From: Hemiscyllium ocellatum
Lineage: Eukaryota
Assembly: GCF_020745735.1 (NCBI RefSeq)
Contig: NC_083418.1
Span: 62,141,776 to 62,205,775, forward strand
DNA: 64,000 bases
Reading direction: 5' to 3'
Below, piece by piece: positions 51,331 to 63,391 of this stretch. How positions within the stretch are numbered: the first letter of the stretch is position 1; every line of letters begins with the position of its first letter. Made by a program: the position numbers and the translations under genes. The notes under the pieces were generated by a model, which made no database searches, had not been told where the DNA came from, and saw only the letters and a list, made by a program, of their open reading frames with translations.

Positions 51331-54300
51331 GCTCAAGTTATGACAGATTAAGATTAAATGCTACAATTAATTCCTCTGTTCCAAGCAGGCTCATAAACCA
51401 CAGATGCTTCCATATGTAACTGGGCATCCACAATTCCTGAGGTTGTTCAAGAGACAGTTTGAGATTCAAAGAGCTTAATTGCTGTCTGGAAGGAAATGGG
51501 TTTTGAGAGACAGGTGGGATCTGTCGATTTTAACCCGGTCTTCGCTCTGTCATATCATATCTTCACTTCTAATAATAATTTCTAAAATTCATACATTTTC
51601 TGTTACTTTTACATATTTCTATGTATATTGATCCCAATTATCAAATTATCTGAATTACTCAAGGACTGTACCAAGTTGATTAAACCTGCAGTTAATTATG
51701 ACGAAGCTGCTCCTTTAACAAGGTTATCAGTCCTTGTCTTTTTTTTTGGAGAGGTCATAAATGACTCCAAAAAGTCTGGGGTCGGAACATTTTAAGGCCA
51801 ATTTGATAACAGCTAACAGATACTGTCTCAGATAGAAGGCTTTCGAGTTTAAAAAAAAACACTTGTACAATGAAAAGGGAGTGGCCAGTTCTTCCAATTC
51901 AGCTTTTTCTGGTTTTGTTTTGTTTTTAGCAGTAGTTGGAAAAAGCTGCTGGACTCAAAGAAGCAGGTCCAGGCTGATCCTCTCTGTCTCCTCTGTTTAG
52001 GGATGTGTAGATTAGGTGCATTAGTCAGGAGTAATGTAAACGAACAGGGTAGGAGAATGGCTCTGGGTAGGACACTGTTTGGAGGGCGGTGTGGACTTGT
52101 TGGGCCTAATGGCCTGTTTCCACAATATAGGGACTCTATGACACTTTGAAATATGTGGATTCTCAACATTTTGCATGGTAGAATGTTATTATAATGGAGA
52201 TTTATTTTAAATTTTTGGATTTCAAATAGACATGGTCAAGTGATCACCTCTAACTGGAGAACTGTAATGTCAATTTCTCTAATACTTCCTATTATTTAAA
52301 TAGATGTTTAATTATTATTAATAATGACAATTTTTAGATGCTAATACTTATGAAAGGCATTACATGCATTTTGAATCTGACAATCTTGTGGAATAACTTA
52401 TAAAGTTGGAAGTAAAAATATCTATTTCTAATAATACATTGCCATTGGTAGAATTCGGGTCACTGACAGGACAAATCCCATGTTATTGTCAAGGTTAGTG
52501 TGTTACTCAAGTAGGCAGCTTTAAATCAGGGATAGGACATAAATTATATCTGTCTAAAAGAATTTGACAGTACAGACTTGATGGGGCAAAGGGCCTCTTC
52601 TGTACTGTGTGATTCAATGATTGTAGGTACTGAATTTATTATTGTTTACATTATAACAGGAATGTGAGATTGTGCAGTTGCCTGACCTAAAGTTTGAACT
52701 GTATATCCACACATTTTGATGAGTTATGATTTAGTTGTAATTGCCAATTAAATTAAATTCTAAAATATTCCACAAAACCCAAATTGATTTAAATAAGTAA
52801 TTAGTTTCAGAGCAAAGCCAACTAGCCAATTGTGAAACTTTCATTTAAGTTAGATGTATAAGAATGAATATTTGTAAGAATATTTCCAAGACATATGCAA
52901 TTCAAGATTCTGATTCCTTCTCTCCCCCTTTGCTTTTCAGAGTCTGTGGGAATCTGCTCAAGATTTGCTCACTGTTTCCTGAAGAAAGCAACAATGATTT
53001 GGAATGGGAAGACAGAAATGAAAGAATTTTCAAAGTTGAAAATACTAGTCTCTGGCTAAAACTGTGGGGTCAAAGAAACCATTTATTAACATGTGACTTA
53101 CCAGAAATTAACAGGGCTTTAACACAACATGATTATCTACAACCCAAAACTGACAGGATTGAGATTTTCAGCTCGGTAGACAGTATTCTTGCCTTTGGGT
53201 TAGAAAGTTGTGAGTATTTAAATTTTGATTGAGAGAGGGCTTTTGAGGATGCTATTCATGTTGCAGTGTGATATCTATCCATAAGTCATGACTGAATTAA
53301 CTTTATAAAAAGTTACATGCTCAAAAAAGGACATTAGACTCCCCCGAAAGTATTTGTGCAGCAGAATAATCAGAGCCATATTTTCTCACCCCCAAACCAC
53401 TTTACCTTGATGAATAGATTATACAAAAAAACTTAAATTTGGTTGACAACGTAGGATGTTTCCTATCCAGGTTAATGGACATTGCATTGAGAGTTTCTAC
53501 TAGCCACTTTAGCAGGTCAGAGGTTGAGGTTCTTTGTGTTTATGGATGGTACATTATGCAGACACTGATCAAGGGAAGTGGTGAATAAATGAATACAATT
53601 CAAAAGCCAGACACATCCCTTGGATTTCCTTAAAACTTCCCTTGCTCTGCCACTCTAACTACACAGAGAGAATGGCAGAAATCTCACTTCCATGTGCACA
53701 TTCCTGATACTGTAAATCCATTTTATAGACTGTTAGCTAAATAAATATTAAAGTTTCATTGGCACATTCTGGAGGGGGAGTTGACTTGAGATCACTTCAT
53801 TTTGTTTTACTTTACAGACATTATTTCAAAACTGGGATTCTGGAACCAGTGGATACAGGATTAATGTGCAGCCTTGGAAATGAAAACTTTCACTTCGCAG
53901 TTAACCATTTCCCTAAGTGATTAAAGATTAGGAGTTGTGCTAGCATGAGTGAGCAGCACCATCAGATAACATGCCACACTGTTCAGTACACAGCTCAATG
54001 AGGTAATTGTGATGGTTATTCAAAACTCAATCTTTTCTTTTATCATAGGAAAATATCAGCATTAGGTGGTTAACTTAATCAACAAACGGATAATTGGAAA
54101 GGAATTTAATAATGACATAAATTGCATTATGAATGTTCTGTGGAGTATATACACAAGAGTTTAAAATTCCTAAATTACATCCATCTATGGCAATTCGCTA
54201 TTTCTCTATGATTGTGCGTATAAATGTAGGCCATTTGGCACAATTAGTTGATGTTCAATGTTTTAGCCACCACTTCCTGATGAAATTTCTCTTCACCCCA

Positions 54301-54484
54301 GCACTAATGTATCCTCAGCTGTGACCCCTGATTTAGGACTCACCAGTCATGGGCAATATCCTTTCTGCATTTCCCTGTTTAGAATTTTATAAGTTTTCTA
54401 TGATATCCACCCTCAATTTTTTAAAGTCCTAACCAAAGCTAGGGAAGTGTTTTTTGAGCCCCTTGCTGAGATAAAGCCAGGGAA

Positions 54485-54712
54485 GAAACTGCTGAAAATG
54501 TGTTGCTGGTCAAAGCACAGCAGGTCAGGCAACATCCAAGGAACAGGAAATTCGACGTTTCGGGCCAGAGCCCTTCATCTGAATTCCTGATGAAGGGCTG
54601 TGGCCCGAAACGTCGAATTTCCTGTTCCTTGGATGCTGCCTGACCTGGTGTGCTTTGACCAGCAACACATTTTCAGCTCTGATCTCCAGCATCTGCAGAC
54701 CTCACTTTTTAC
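54485..54712 (+). mobile_element. Penelope-derived hairpin mini-element inserted in a CR1
   Basis: Inverted arms at 54491-54579 / 54589-54677; 14-bp TSD ATAAAGCCAGGGAA at 54471-54484 and 54713-54726. Confidence 0.88.
54581..54620 (+). ncRNA. Minimal hammerhead ribozyme, intact core
   Basis: GAAUUC-CUGAUGA-A-GGGC-UGUG-GCCC-GAAA-CGUC-GAAUUU; 6-bp stem I. Confidence 0.75.
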
Positions 54713-56104
54713 ATAAAGCCAGGGAACTATAGACTGGTGAGTCTGACATTGATGGTAGATAAGTTGTTGAAGGGAATACAGAGGGACAGGATTTACATGT
54801 ATTTGGATAAACAAGGACTGATTAGGGATAGTCAGCATGTCTTTGTTCATGGGAAATCATATCTCACTAACTTGATTGAGTTTTTTGAAGAACTACCAAA
54901 GAGATGTTGGGGGCAGAGCAGTGGAGAGATCTATGTGGACTTCAGTAAGGCATTTGACAACGTTCCTCATTGTAGACTAGATAGCAAGGTTAGGTCACAT
55001 GGAATAGAGGGAGAACTAGCCATTTGGATACAGAACTGGCTTGAAGGTAGAAGACAGAGGGTGGTGGTGGTGGGTTGCTTTGCAGACTGGAGGCCTGTGT
55101 CCAGCAATGTGCCACAAGGATTGTTGCTGGGTCCACTGATTTTGTCATTTATGGAAATGATTTGGATGTGAACAAAGAAGTTATAGTTAGTAATTGCAGC
55201 TGACACCAAAATTAGGGGTGTGGCAAAAAAGGTTACCTTTGAATACAATAGGATTTTGATCAGACAGGCCAATGGGCTTAGGAGTGGCAGATGGAGTTTA
55301 ATTTAGATAAATGTGAGGTGCTGTGTTCCGGAAAGACAAATCACGGCAGGGCTTATACACTTAATGGTAAGATCCTAGGGAGCGTTGCTGAACAAAGAAA
55401 CCTTGGAGTGCAGGTTCATAGTTCCTTGAAATTGGAGTTTCAGGCAGGTAGGATTGAGAAGAAGGCATCCAGTATACTTGCCTTTATTTGTCAGAGCATT
55501 GAGTATAGGAGTTGGGAGATTATGTTGCAGCTGCACAGGACATTGGTTCGGCCACTTTGCGTGCATTTCTGATCTTCCTCCTATCAGGAGGATGTAGTGA
55601 AACTTGAAAGGGTTCAAAAAAGATTTAAAAGGGTGTTGCCAAGGTTGGAGGATTTGAGCTAAAGGGAGAGGTTGAATAGGCTGGGGCTGTTTTCCCTAGA
55701 GCATCAGAGGCTGAGGGATGACCTTACAGAGGTTTATAAAGTCATGATGGGCATGGATAGGGTAAATAGACAAGATCTTTTCCCTGGGGTGGGGGCGTCC
55801 TGAACACGAGGGCATAGGTTTAGGGTGAGAGGGGAAAGATTTAAAAGGGACCGAAGGAATAACGTTTTCACACAGAAGGTGGTGTGTGTATGGCATGCAC
55901 TGCCAGAGGAAGTGGTGGAGGCTGGTATAATTACAACATTTAAAAGGAATCTGGATGGGGTACATGTATAGGAAGGGTTTGGAGGGATGTGGGCCGGGTG
56001 CTGGCAGGTGGAACTAGATTAGGTTGAAATATCAGTTGGCATGGACAGGTTGGACTGAAGTGTCTGTTTCCGTGCTGTCCATCTCTATGACTCCATGACT
56101 CTAT

Positions 56105-58945
56105 AATTCAGCCTCTCTTCTTATGTCAGTCCTGTCATCCTTGGAATCAATTTGGTAAATCTTCACTGCACTCCCTCTATAGCTAGAACTGCTTCCTCAG
56201 TTAGGGAGACCAAAATTGCACACAATACTCCAAATGTGATCTCACCAAGGCCCTGTGCAATTGTGACAAGGTATCCCTGCTCCTGTGCACAACTCCTCTT
56301 GCTATGAGGCCAACATACAGTTTGTCTTCTTCACCTCACCTTGCTGCATCTCCTTGCTTACTTTCAGCAACTGGTATATGAGGACACCTAGGTCTCATTG
56401 CATGTCCCCATTTTCCAATCGATCGCCGTTCAGATCATAATTCCCCTTCTTGTTGTAGCTAATAAAGTGGATAACATCACATTTATTCATATTATACTTC
56501 ATTTGCCATGCATTTGTCCACTCATTCCACCTGAACACATCAAAACGAGGCACCTCTGCACCCTCCTCTGTAGTATTGGTAAACTTGGAGATATTACGTT
56601 TACTCCCATCAACTAAATTGTTAAGATATACGGTAGTGAATTGCTGTAGTCAAGCACCGATCCCTGCCAGACCCCCAATCACTACCTGCCATTCAGAAAA
56701 AGATGCATTTATGCTGACTCTTTGTTTCCTGTCAGCTGACCAATTCTCAATCCAATGTGCTTTAATTTTACATGTTGATCTCTTTTACAATCAATTTGTA
56801 TGCAAGCCTACTCTTGTACTCTATTTTTCACATCTTAATCAATCTCTTTGCTCCCTTTGCTGAAATCTAAATGGCTCCCAGTGTTCAGATCTGCTGCTTT
56901 TTAGACTAATTTGTATGCTCATTTCTTGGATCCAATGTTAGCCGTAATTTCCCTTGTTAGCCATGGTTGGGCCAACTTTCCCATTTCATTTTTGTGCCAA
57001 GCAGGAACAAGCAATTGTTGCAATGTGCACTTTAATTGTTGCCATTACCTATCCTCTGTCATTCGTTTGAGTAACATTTCCCAATTTCTTACAGCCACCT
57101 GCCTTATACCATCATAGTTTTCTTTATTTGGATTCAGGGCCTAGTCTCAGAATCAACTAAGTCACTCTCCATCTTTATGAATAATTCTATCCTATTGCAA
57201 TTGTCTATTTTTATATCTCCAGGTAAGTTTGAATTCTGATTATCACAATTTAGTGTACCAAAAACCATACTCTTAAATAGGTGTCACTAGCACTGGCACA
57301 AAACCTTGTTTCACCCTTTTCTTGAAGTGATTCCCAGTGTTTCCTGCTTGAAGACAATAGACAATAGGTGCAATGAGTAGGCCACTTGGCCCTTTGAGCC
57401 AGCACCACCATTCATGGCTGATCATCGACAATCAGTATCCTGTTCCTGCCTTATCCCGATAACCCTTGATTCCATTATCCTTAAGAGTTCTATCCATCTC
57501 TTTCTTGAAGGAATCCAGAGACTTGGTCTTCACTGCTTTCTGGGATAGAGCATTCTATATACCCATCACTCTCTGGGTGAAGATATTTCTCCTCGACTCT
57601 GTTCTAAATGGCTTATCCCTTATTTTCAAACTGTGTTCTCTGGTTCTGGACTCACCCATCAGCGAAAATATGCTTCTTGCCTCCAGAGTGTCCAATCCTT
57701 TAATAATCTTATATGTCTCAACCAGATCCCCTCTCATCCTTCTAAACTCAAGTGTGTACAAACCCAATCGCTCCAATCTTTCAACATATGATAGTCCAGC
57801 CATTCTGGGAATTGACCTCATGAACCTACGCTGCACTCCCTCAATAGCCAGAACATCCTTCCTCAAAATGGGAGACCAAAACTGCACACAATACTTCAGG
57901 TGCGGTCTCACCAGGGCCCTGTACAGTTGCAGAAGGACCTCTTTGCTCCTATACTCAATTCCTCTTGTTATGAAGGCCAGCATGTCATTAGCTTTCTTCA
58001 CTGCCTACTGTACCTGGGTGCTTGCGTAACTTTTTCACGCAGAGGCTGGTACATGTATGGAATGAGCTGTCAGACGAAGTAGTGGAGTCTGGTACAATTA
58101 CAACATTTTAGAGGCATTTGGATGGGTATATGAATAGGAAAGATTTGGAGGGATATGGGCCGGATGCTGGCAGGTGGGACTAGATTGGGTTGGGATATCT
58201 GGTTGGCATGGATGGGTTGGACCGAAGGATCTGTTTCTGTGCTGTACATCTCTATGACTCTATGACTGATGTACAAGAACACCTAGATCGCGTACTTTCC
58301 CTTTACCTAACTTGACACCATTTCGATAGTAATTTGCCTTCCTGTTTTTGCCACCAAAGTGTATAGCCACACATTTATCCACATTAAACTGCATCTGCCA
58401 TGCATCTGTCCACTCACCTAGCCTGACCAAGTCACCCTGTATTCTTATAACATCCTCCTCACATTTCATCCTGCCAACCAGCTTTGTGTTATCAGCACAT
58501 TTGCTAATATTACTTTTAATGCCTACATCTATATCATTAATGTACACTGTAAACAGCTGTGGTCCCTGCACCGAACTTTGTGATACCCCACTGGTCACTG
58601 CCTGCCATTCCAAAAGGGACCTGTTTATCACTTTGCTTCCTGTCAGCCAGCCAATTTTCTTTCCAAGTCAATATTTTGCTACCAATATCATGTGCACTAA
58701 TTCTGCTCACTAATCTCCTATGTGGGACTTTATCAAAGGCTTTCTGAAAGTCCAGGTACACTACATCTACTGGCTTTCCCTTGACCATCTTCATAGTTAC
58801 ATCCTCAGAAAATTCTAGAGGATTAGTCAAGCACGTTTTCCCCTTCACAAATCCATGCTGACTCTGACCTATCCTGTTACTGCTTTCCAAATGAGTCGTA
58901 ATTTCACCTTTTATAATTGACTCCAGCATCTTTCCCACCACTGAC
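56105..58945 (-). mobile_element. Cluster of minus-strand CR1 fragments with a nested plus-strand CR1 3' end (58028-58266)
   Basis: RT ORF pieces at 57555-58001, 58260-58631 and 58537-58947. Confidence 0.82.
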
Positions 58946-59657
58946 ATGAAGGGAAGACATGAAAGGAAAGCAAAAGAAAAAAGTTAAAATAGAAAAATGA
59001 AATTAAGTAAATGAATAATTAAACACTTGGTTTTATTATTTAAAAATAGGAAAGAGAAAAGCCTAAACAATACTATTGATGCTACTGGATATCTCTTATT
59101 CTTGGTCTGAATGAAATTTTGAATCTCACCTTCATTTTCTTCCAGATCCATGTTCCTTACTTTCTGGTAAATGATTTGAAGGTGACTCCAATCACTTTGT
59201 AGATTAATCTGTTATGGAGATCTCATTTAGTTTGTACTTTGTTCAGATCACATCACATTCCCTGCTGAAAGTGATGGTACTTAATTCCTCCCCTATATGC
59301 TTTAGAATTAATGGAGTATTCAAAGTATCGTGCACTGTCTATATTTTCGATATTTTTTCCAACCTAGATCAAATCCTGTTATTACATGTGTCCACATGTT
59401 GTGCTATGGCAGCTTTTGCAGTGAAAATTACAAGAAAGACCAATTTGAAAACACGTTTATTGCAAATGCAAAACTATATCAGGAGACATGGTGAATGCAG
59501 AAAGAACAAAAACGTTTGAAGTTATTCACATTTATTTGCTTGGTGGAGGTGGACATTTATTGTTCAAATGAGATTTACTGTAAACAGATCAATGAATACT
59601 GCAAAGCTGAACCAATCCATAAGATGGCAGTATTCTGCATGTCTGCAACAACAGGAG

Positions 59658-59862
59658 TGAAAAATGAGGTCTGCAGATGCTGGAGATCACAGCTGAAAAT
59701 GTGTTGCTGGTCAAAGCACAGCAGGCCAGGCAGCATCTCAGGAATAGAGAATTCGACGTTTCGAGCATATTCCTGATGAAGGGCTTATGCTCGAAACGTC
59801 GAATTCTCTATTCCTGAGATGCTGCCTGGCCTGCTGTGCTTTGACCAGCAACACATTTTCAG
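59658..59862 (+). mobile_element. Young Penelope-derived hairpin mini-element
   Basis: Perfect 80-bp inverted repeat at 59690-59769 / 59786-59865; 15-bp TSD CTGCAACAACAGGAG at 59643-59657 and 59863-59877. Confidence 0.88.
59769..59804 (+). ncRNA. Minimal hammerhead ribozyme, intact core
   Basis: AUUC-CUGAUGA-A-GGGC-UUAU-GCUC-GAAA-CGUC-GAAU. Confidence 0.72.
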
Positions 59863-61643
59863 CTGCAACAACAGGAGACTGAGAACTCTGGTAAATGAGA
59901 CTAAAGCTTAAAGGTGATAGAATGGATCAAAAATAGCTATTGGCATTAAGTAACAGAAGCAACAAATTCTAACAGTAAAGATAAATTAACAGTTGAGATT
60001 TTAATATTTATGTTATGTATATGAGGCACAAAAAAGTAAACTAGAAAGAAAAAAAACTTTTCTTATTGAAATCTTAATTTCAATAAGATTAAAACATAAA
60101 ATTACAATCAAGAATGCTACATAAAGTAACAATTAATTTAATCATGAAAAGAAAAGGACCCACTCACAATAAAAAGTTTTGAAGTGTGGTTAAGTGAGAC
60201 TGTTGGTTTATGAGTGATATGGTAAAGAGGCAGGTCACCACATCAGCTGCCACAGAGGTAGAAGAGGTAGAGAGAGTTCCTGTTATTTCAGAGTTTACTT
60301 CATAGTATGAAACAGATGGGAGTCCTCTGTGAAAAACATATTCTGTGAGAGAAAGGTAATGGAGAGGTTGTCACTGCTATCAATACTTGTACAATGACAA
60401 ATTTAATTCAGTTTGGAAAGGCATTCTGAGCATTGTGAGTCATGTTTTTGTTAAGTTTATTCTCAGATATACAGCTTAATATTACATAAGATTCTTGTCC
60501 TGTCATATGTATCTTGTATTTATTATGTGGAATAAAATATGCTAAAAGATAAAAAGGTAAAGGGGCAAGAGACAGCACTTGATCAGTTCCATTTATTTTA
60601 TACTTAGGTACATATTATGTTTGTATTTTAAATTAGCATTTGATAAAACAAATATGCATCAAAGAGAATGTTTTACAGTTTCATAATTGACAGCTGCTTT
60701 TTTACCCATTTCACTGGATTTCAGAGAATATTGAAGTTGCATTATGTTAGAAAGAACGTTAAGGAAAGTATGAAGAGTTTGTGGGAAACACCTTAGGAAA
60801 GCGAGTGAAATGATAGTTTCTAAGAAATGATGGGAACTAATTCAAACTCTAGTGGTTAATATTGATAAAATCCGTTTACTTTTGGTGTGTTAACTTTTAA
60901 AAGGTACAAACCTGATTGGAAATAGGCTGTGAATGTGTAGTTTAAAAAAAACATTTTTAAATGAAAACCAATATTCTCTGTTAGCAGTTTAGATTCTGGC
61001 ATGCATAGGTGTTTGGAAAATATCAAACATGTTACGCAGCTTGCAAACATTATCATTGCTGACTTATCTTACAAAATGTAATATTTGGTTATGTGTAGAA
61101 AATAACATGAAAAATGTTTTAAAAACTTAATTTGTGCTGTTCTGGTTTCGTGGGCTAGGTGGTGCAACTGCATTATCTTGTAACCTTCCTCACTCTATAA
61201 GTTGATTAAAATCTAAACTGGGATCTGTGCGGGTTCTGACATTGTACCGAGGGCTGTATTAAAGTTTGGAAGTGTTTCCTTAGGTATAATCTGTACTCTT
61301 AAGAGGTAAAAGTTCACAGTAAAAATTGATGTATTCCAGATAACACAAAACTAGTTTGTGTACAGCATTGCATTAAATATCAAAATATTCATTCTGAGGA
61401 CTGTACAAATAACTAATAATACATAATTCTCCTTGCTCGAAATTATACTTTGTATGATTCATCATGAGAAAAGGGTGAATCTTCAGATTTAGATAGTTCT
61501 TAAAGACTTGGGTCACCCTAACCTGTTTTCACAAACCTTGGGCTTTTTGTCTTTTGTTAAATACTTAAGTTGGCAGGAGCCTCTTTTATGTAATGAATCA
61601 TTGACATTGACTGACCACTGAGAAAAGACTTTAAAGTAAAGTT

Positions 61644-61805
61644 AAAAATCACGCAACACCAGGTTTAGTCCAACAAGTTTATTTGGAAGCACTAGCTTTC
61701 GGAGTGCTGCTCCTTCATCACCTGATAGGTCAACCTGTTGGACTATAGCCTGGTGGTGTTGTGTGATTTTTAACTTCGTCCATCCTAGTCCAACACATCA
61801 TGTCT
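61644..61805. mobile_element. Penelope-derived hairpin mini-element
   Basis: Inverted arms; 16-bp TSD with one mismatch, ACTTT(A/G)AAGTAAAGTT, at 61628-61643 and 61806-61821; minus-strand hammerhead broken at C3 by the junction. Confidence 0.75.
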
Positions 61806-62045
61806 ACTTTGAAGTAAAGTTGCCATAGCCCCAGAGAACTGTGTCTCATTAGAGAGGGACAAGTGGTGGTAGTTTAATCTGAGGGTCATCGTGAGGGGAG
61901 AGATTGAGAAGGAGGAATCTTCATGGCAACCTCAACCAGTACCGAAATTGAACCTGTACTTTTGGTATCACTCTGTATTGTTAACTAGTCATCCAACCAA
62001 CTAAGCTAACTGACCATCAACTGCAATTAAAAAGCAACAGTAATT

Positions 62046-62362
62046 AGATTAGATTCCCTACAGTGTGGAAACAGGCCCTTTGGCCCAATAAGTGCACAGC
62101 GACCCTCTGAAGAGTAACGCACCCAGACTCATTTCCCTACATTTACCCCTGACAAATACCTTAACACTATGGGGCAATTTAGCATGGCCAATTCACCTGA
62201 CCTGCACATCTTTGGATTGTGGGAGGAAACCGGAGCACCCAGAGAAAACCCACGCAGACACAGGGAGAATGTGCAAACTCCACACAGACAGCTGCCTGTG
62301 GCTGGAATTGAACCCGGGTTCCTGGCACTGTGAGGCAGCAATACTAACCACTGAGCCACCGT
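62046..62362 (-). mobile_element. HE1-type V-SINE
   Basis: Family similarity over the full length. Confidence 0.85.
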
Positions 62363-63391
62363 GATGTGATTAATTTCATGCAAGTCTGCTTTGCACTCTA
62401 AGCTGAGGACATTGATTGAAACTACCTGTATTTAGTTATCTGCCATTAAATGCAGGTTGGTTAGATATGCTCTCTTGTTGTCACTTATGCATTTCTATGT
62501 GATTCGCTCCCATCCTTTTAAACTCCCTTTCTGTAAAAATTTTTAGTACGTGGCTAAACTGCACTTCAAATAAATTTAATTAACTAGATTAAAATTGAAG
62601 GAGAGTCAATTCCAAGGTTTTCTTGAGTACAAGTGAGTGGAGTTATTGCCTAGTAAAGCTGATAAAAATAATGAAACAATGCACTAACACTCACGTATAT
62701 ACAGACAGGTGATAACATTGTACAGAGAAAGCACTGGAGGAAGGTATTTGAACATGGAGGTGGTTAGGCAAGCTGCAGTTTAACATTATTTTAACATGTC
62801 CTTAAGTTACGAGAGTGAAAACCAAAGTCTCAATTATTCATCTGTTGTCCTGTTTTCTCAGGCGTGATGAAGCTTGAAGATAACCTACATGTCTGGCTGA
62901 ACAGTACTTTTACCAAGTTGCATTTTCACGCTGCCTGTAAAATCTGTAGTGAGAATCTTAAATGAATAAAATAAAAATCATGTGGGAATAGTTTTCTAAG
63001 TTTTTTCTTTCTTAGCTAAGGAAATGTTTTTCATCATTAAAAGTGCAACTTTAACATAACTGACCCAATGGGAATAGAAGCAGATAGCCTTCCTCACACC
63101 TGCTCAAACATACTCTTCACTCAAATGAGCAGCTTTCCCCATACTGTAATTCCCAGCAGGGTTTTAGGTTAATGTTAATCCCCTGATATTGGATATGATG
63201 GTCCTTTATTGAACTGGATCAGAAACTCAATTTTTATACGGAAATGCAGTTTTCTGAATATTACATAATTTAAATGTGAGTGCTGTGAATTAGTGTTGAA
63301 CATAAAACTGCTTTGCAGCTGAAGGTGCTGAACTCTCATCCTATTTTAACCAAGAATCATTTTTCTTTACTTCTGTCAGATACCAGTCATT

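Larger units (their letters stand above)
54440..56100 (+). mobile_element. CR1 LINE RT-to-3' fragment interrupted by a Penelope hairpin
   Basis: SYLTNLIEFF, YVDFSKAFD and VPQG motifs; CTCTATGACTCCATGACTCTAT tail. Confidence 0.88.

Noticed and set aside
59146-59166. 21-nt AG/GT-bounded microexon candidate upstream of RAG1
   Set aside because: Too short to distinguish from chance without transcript data.
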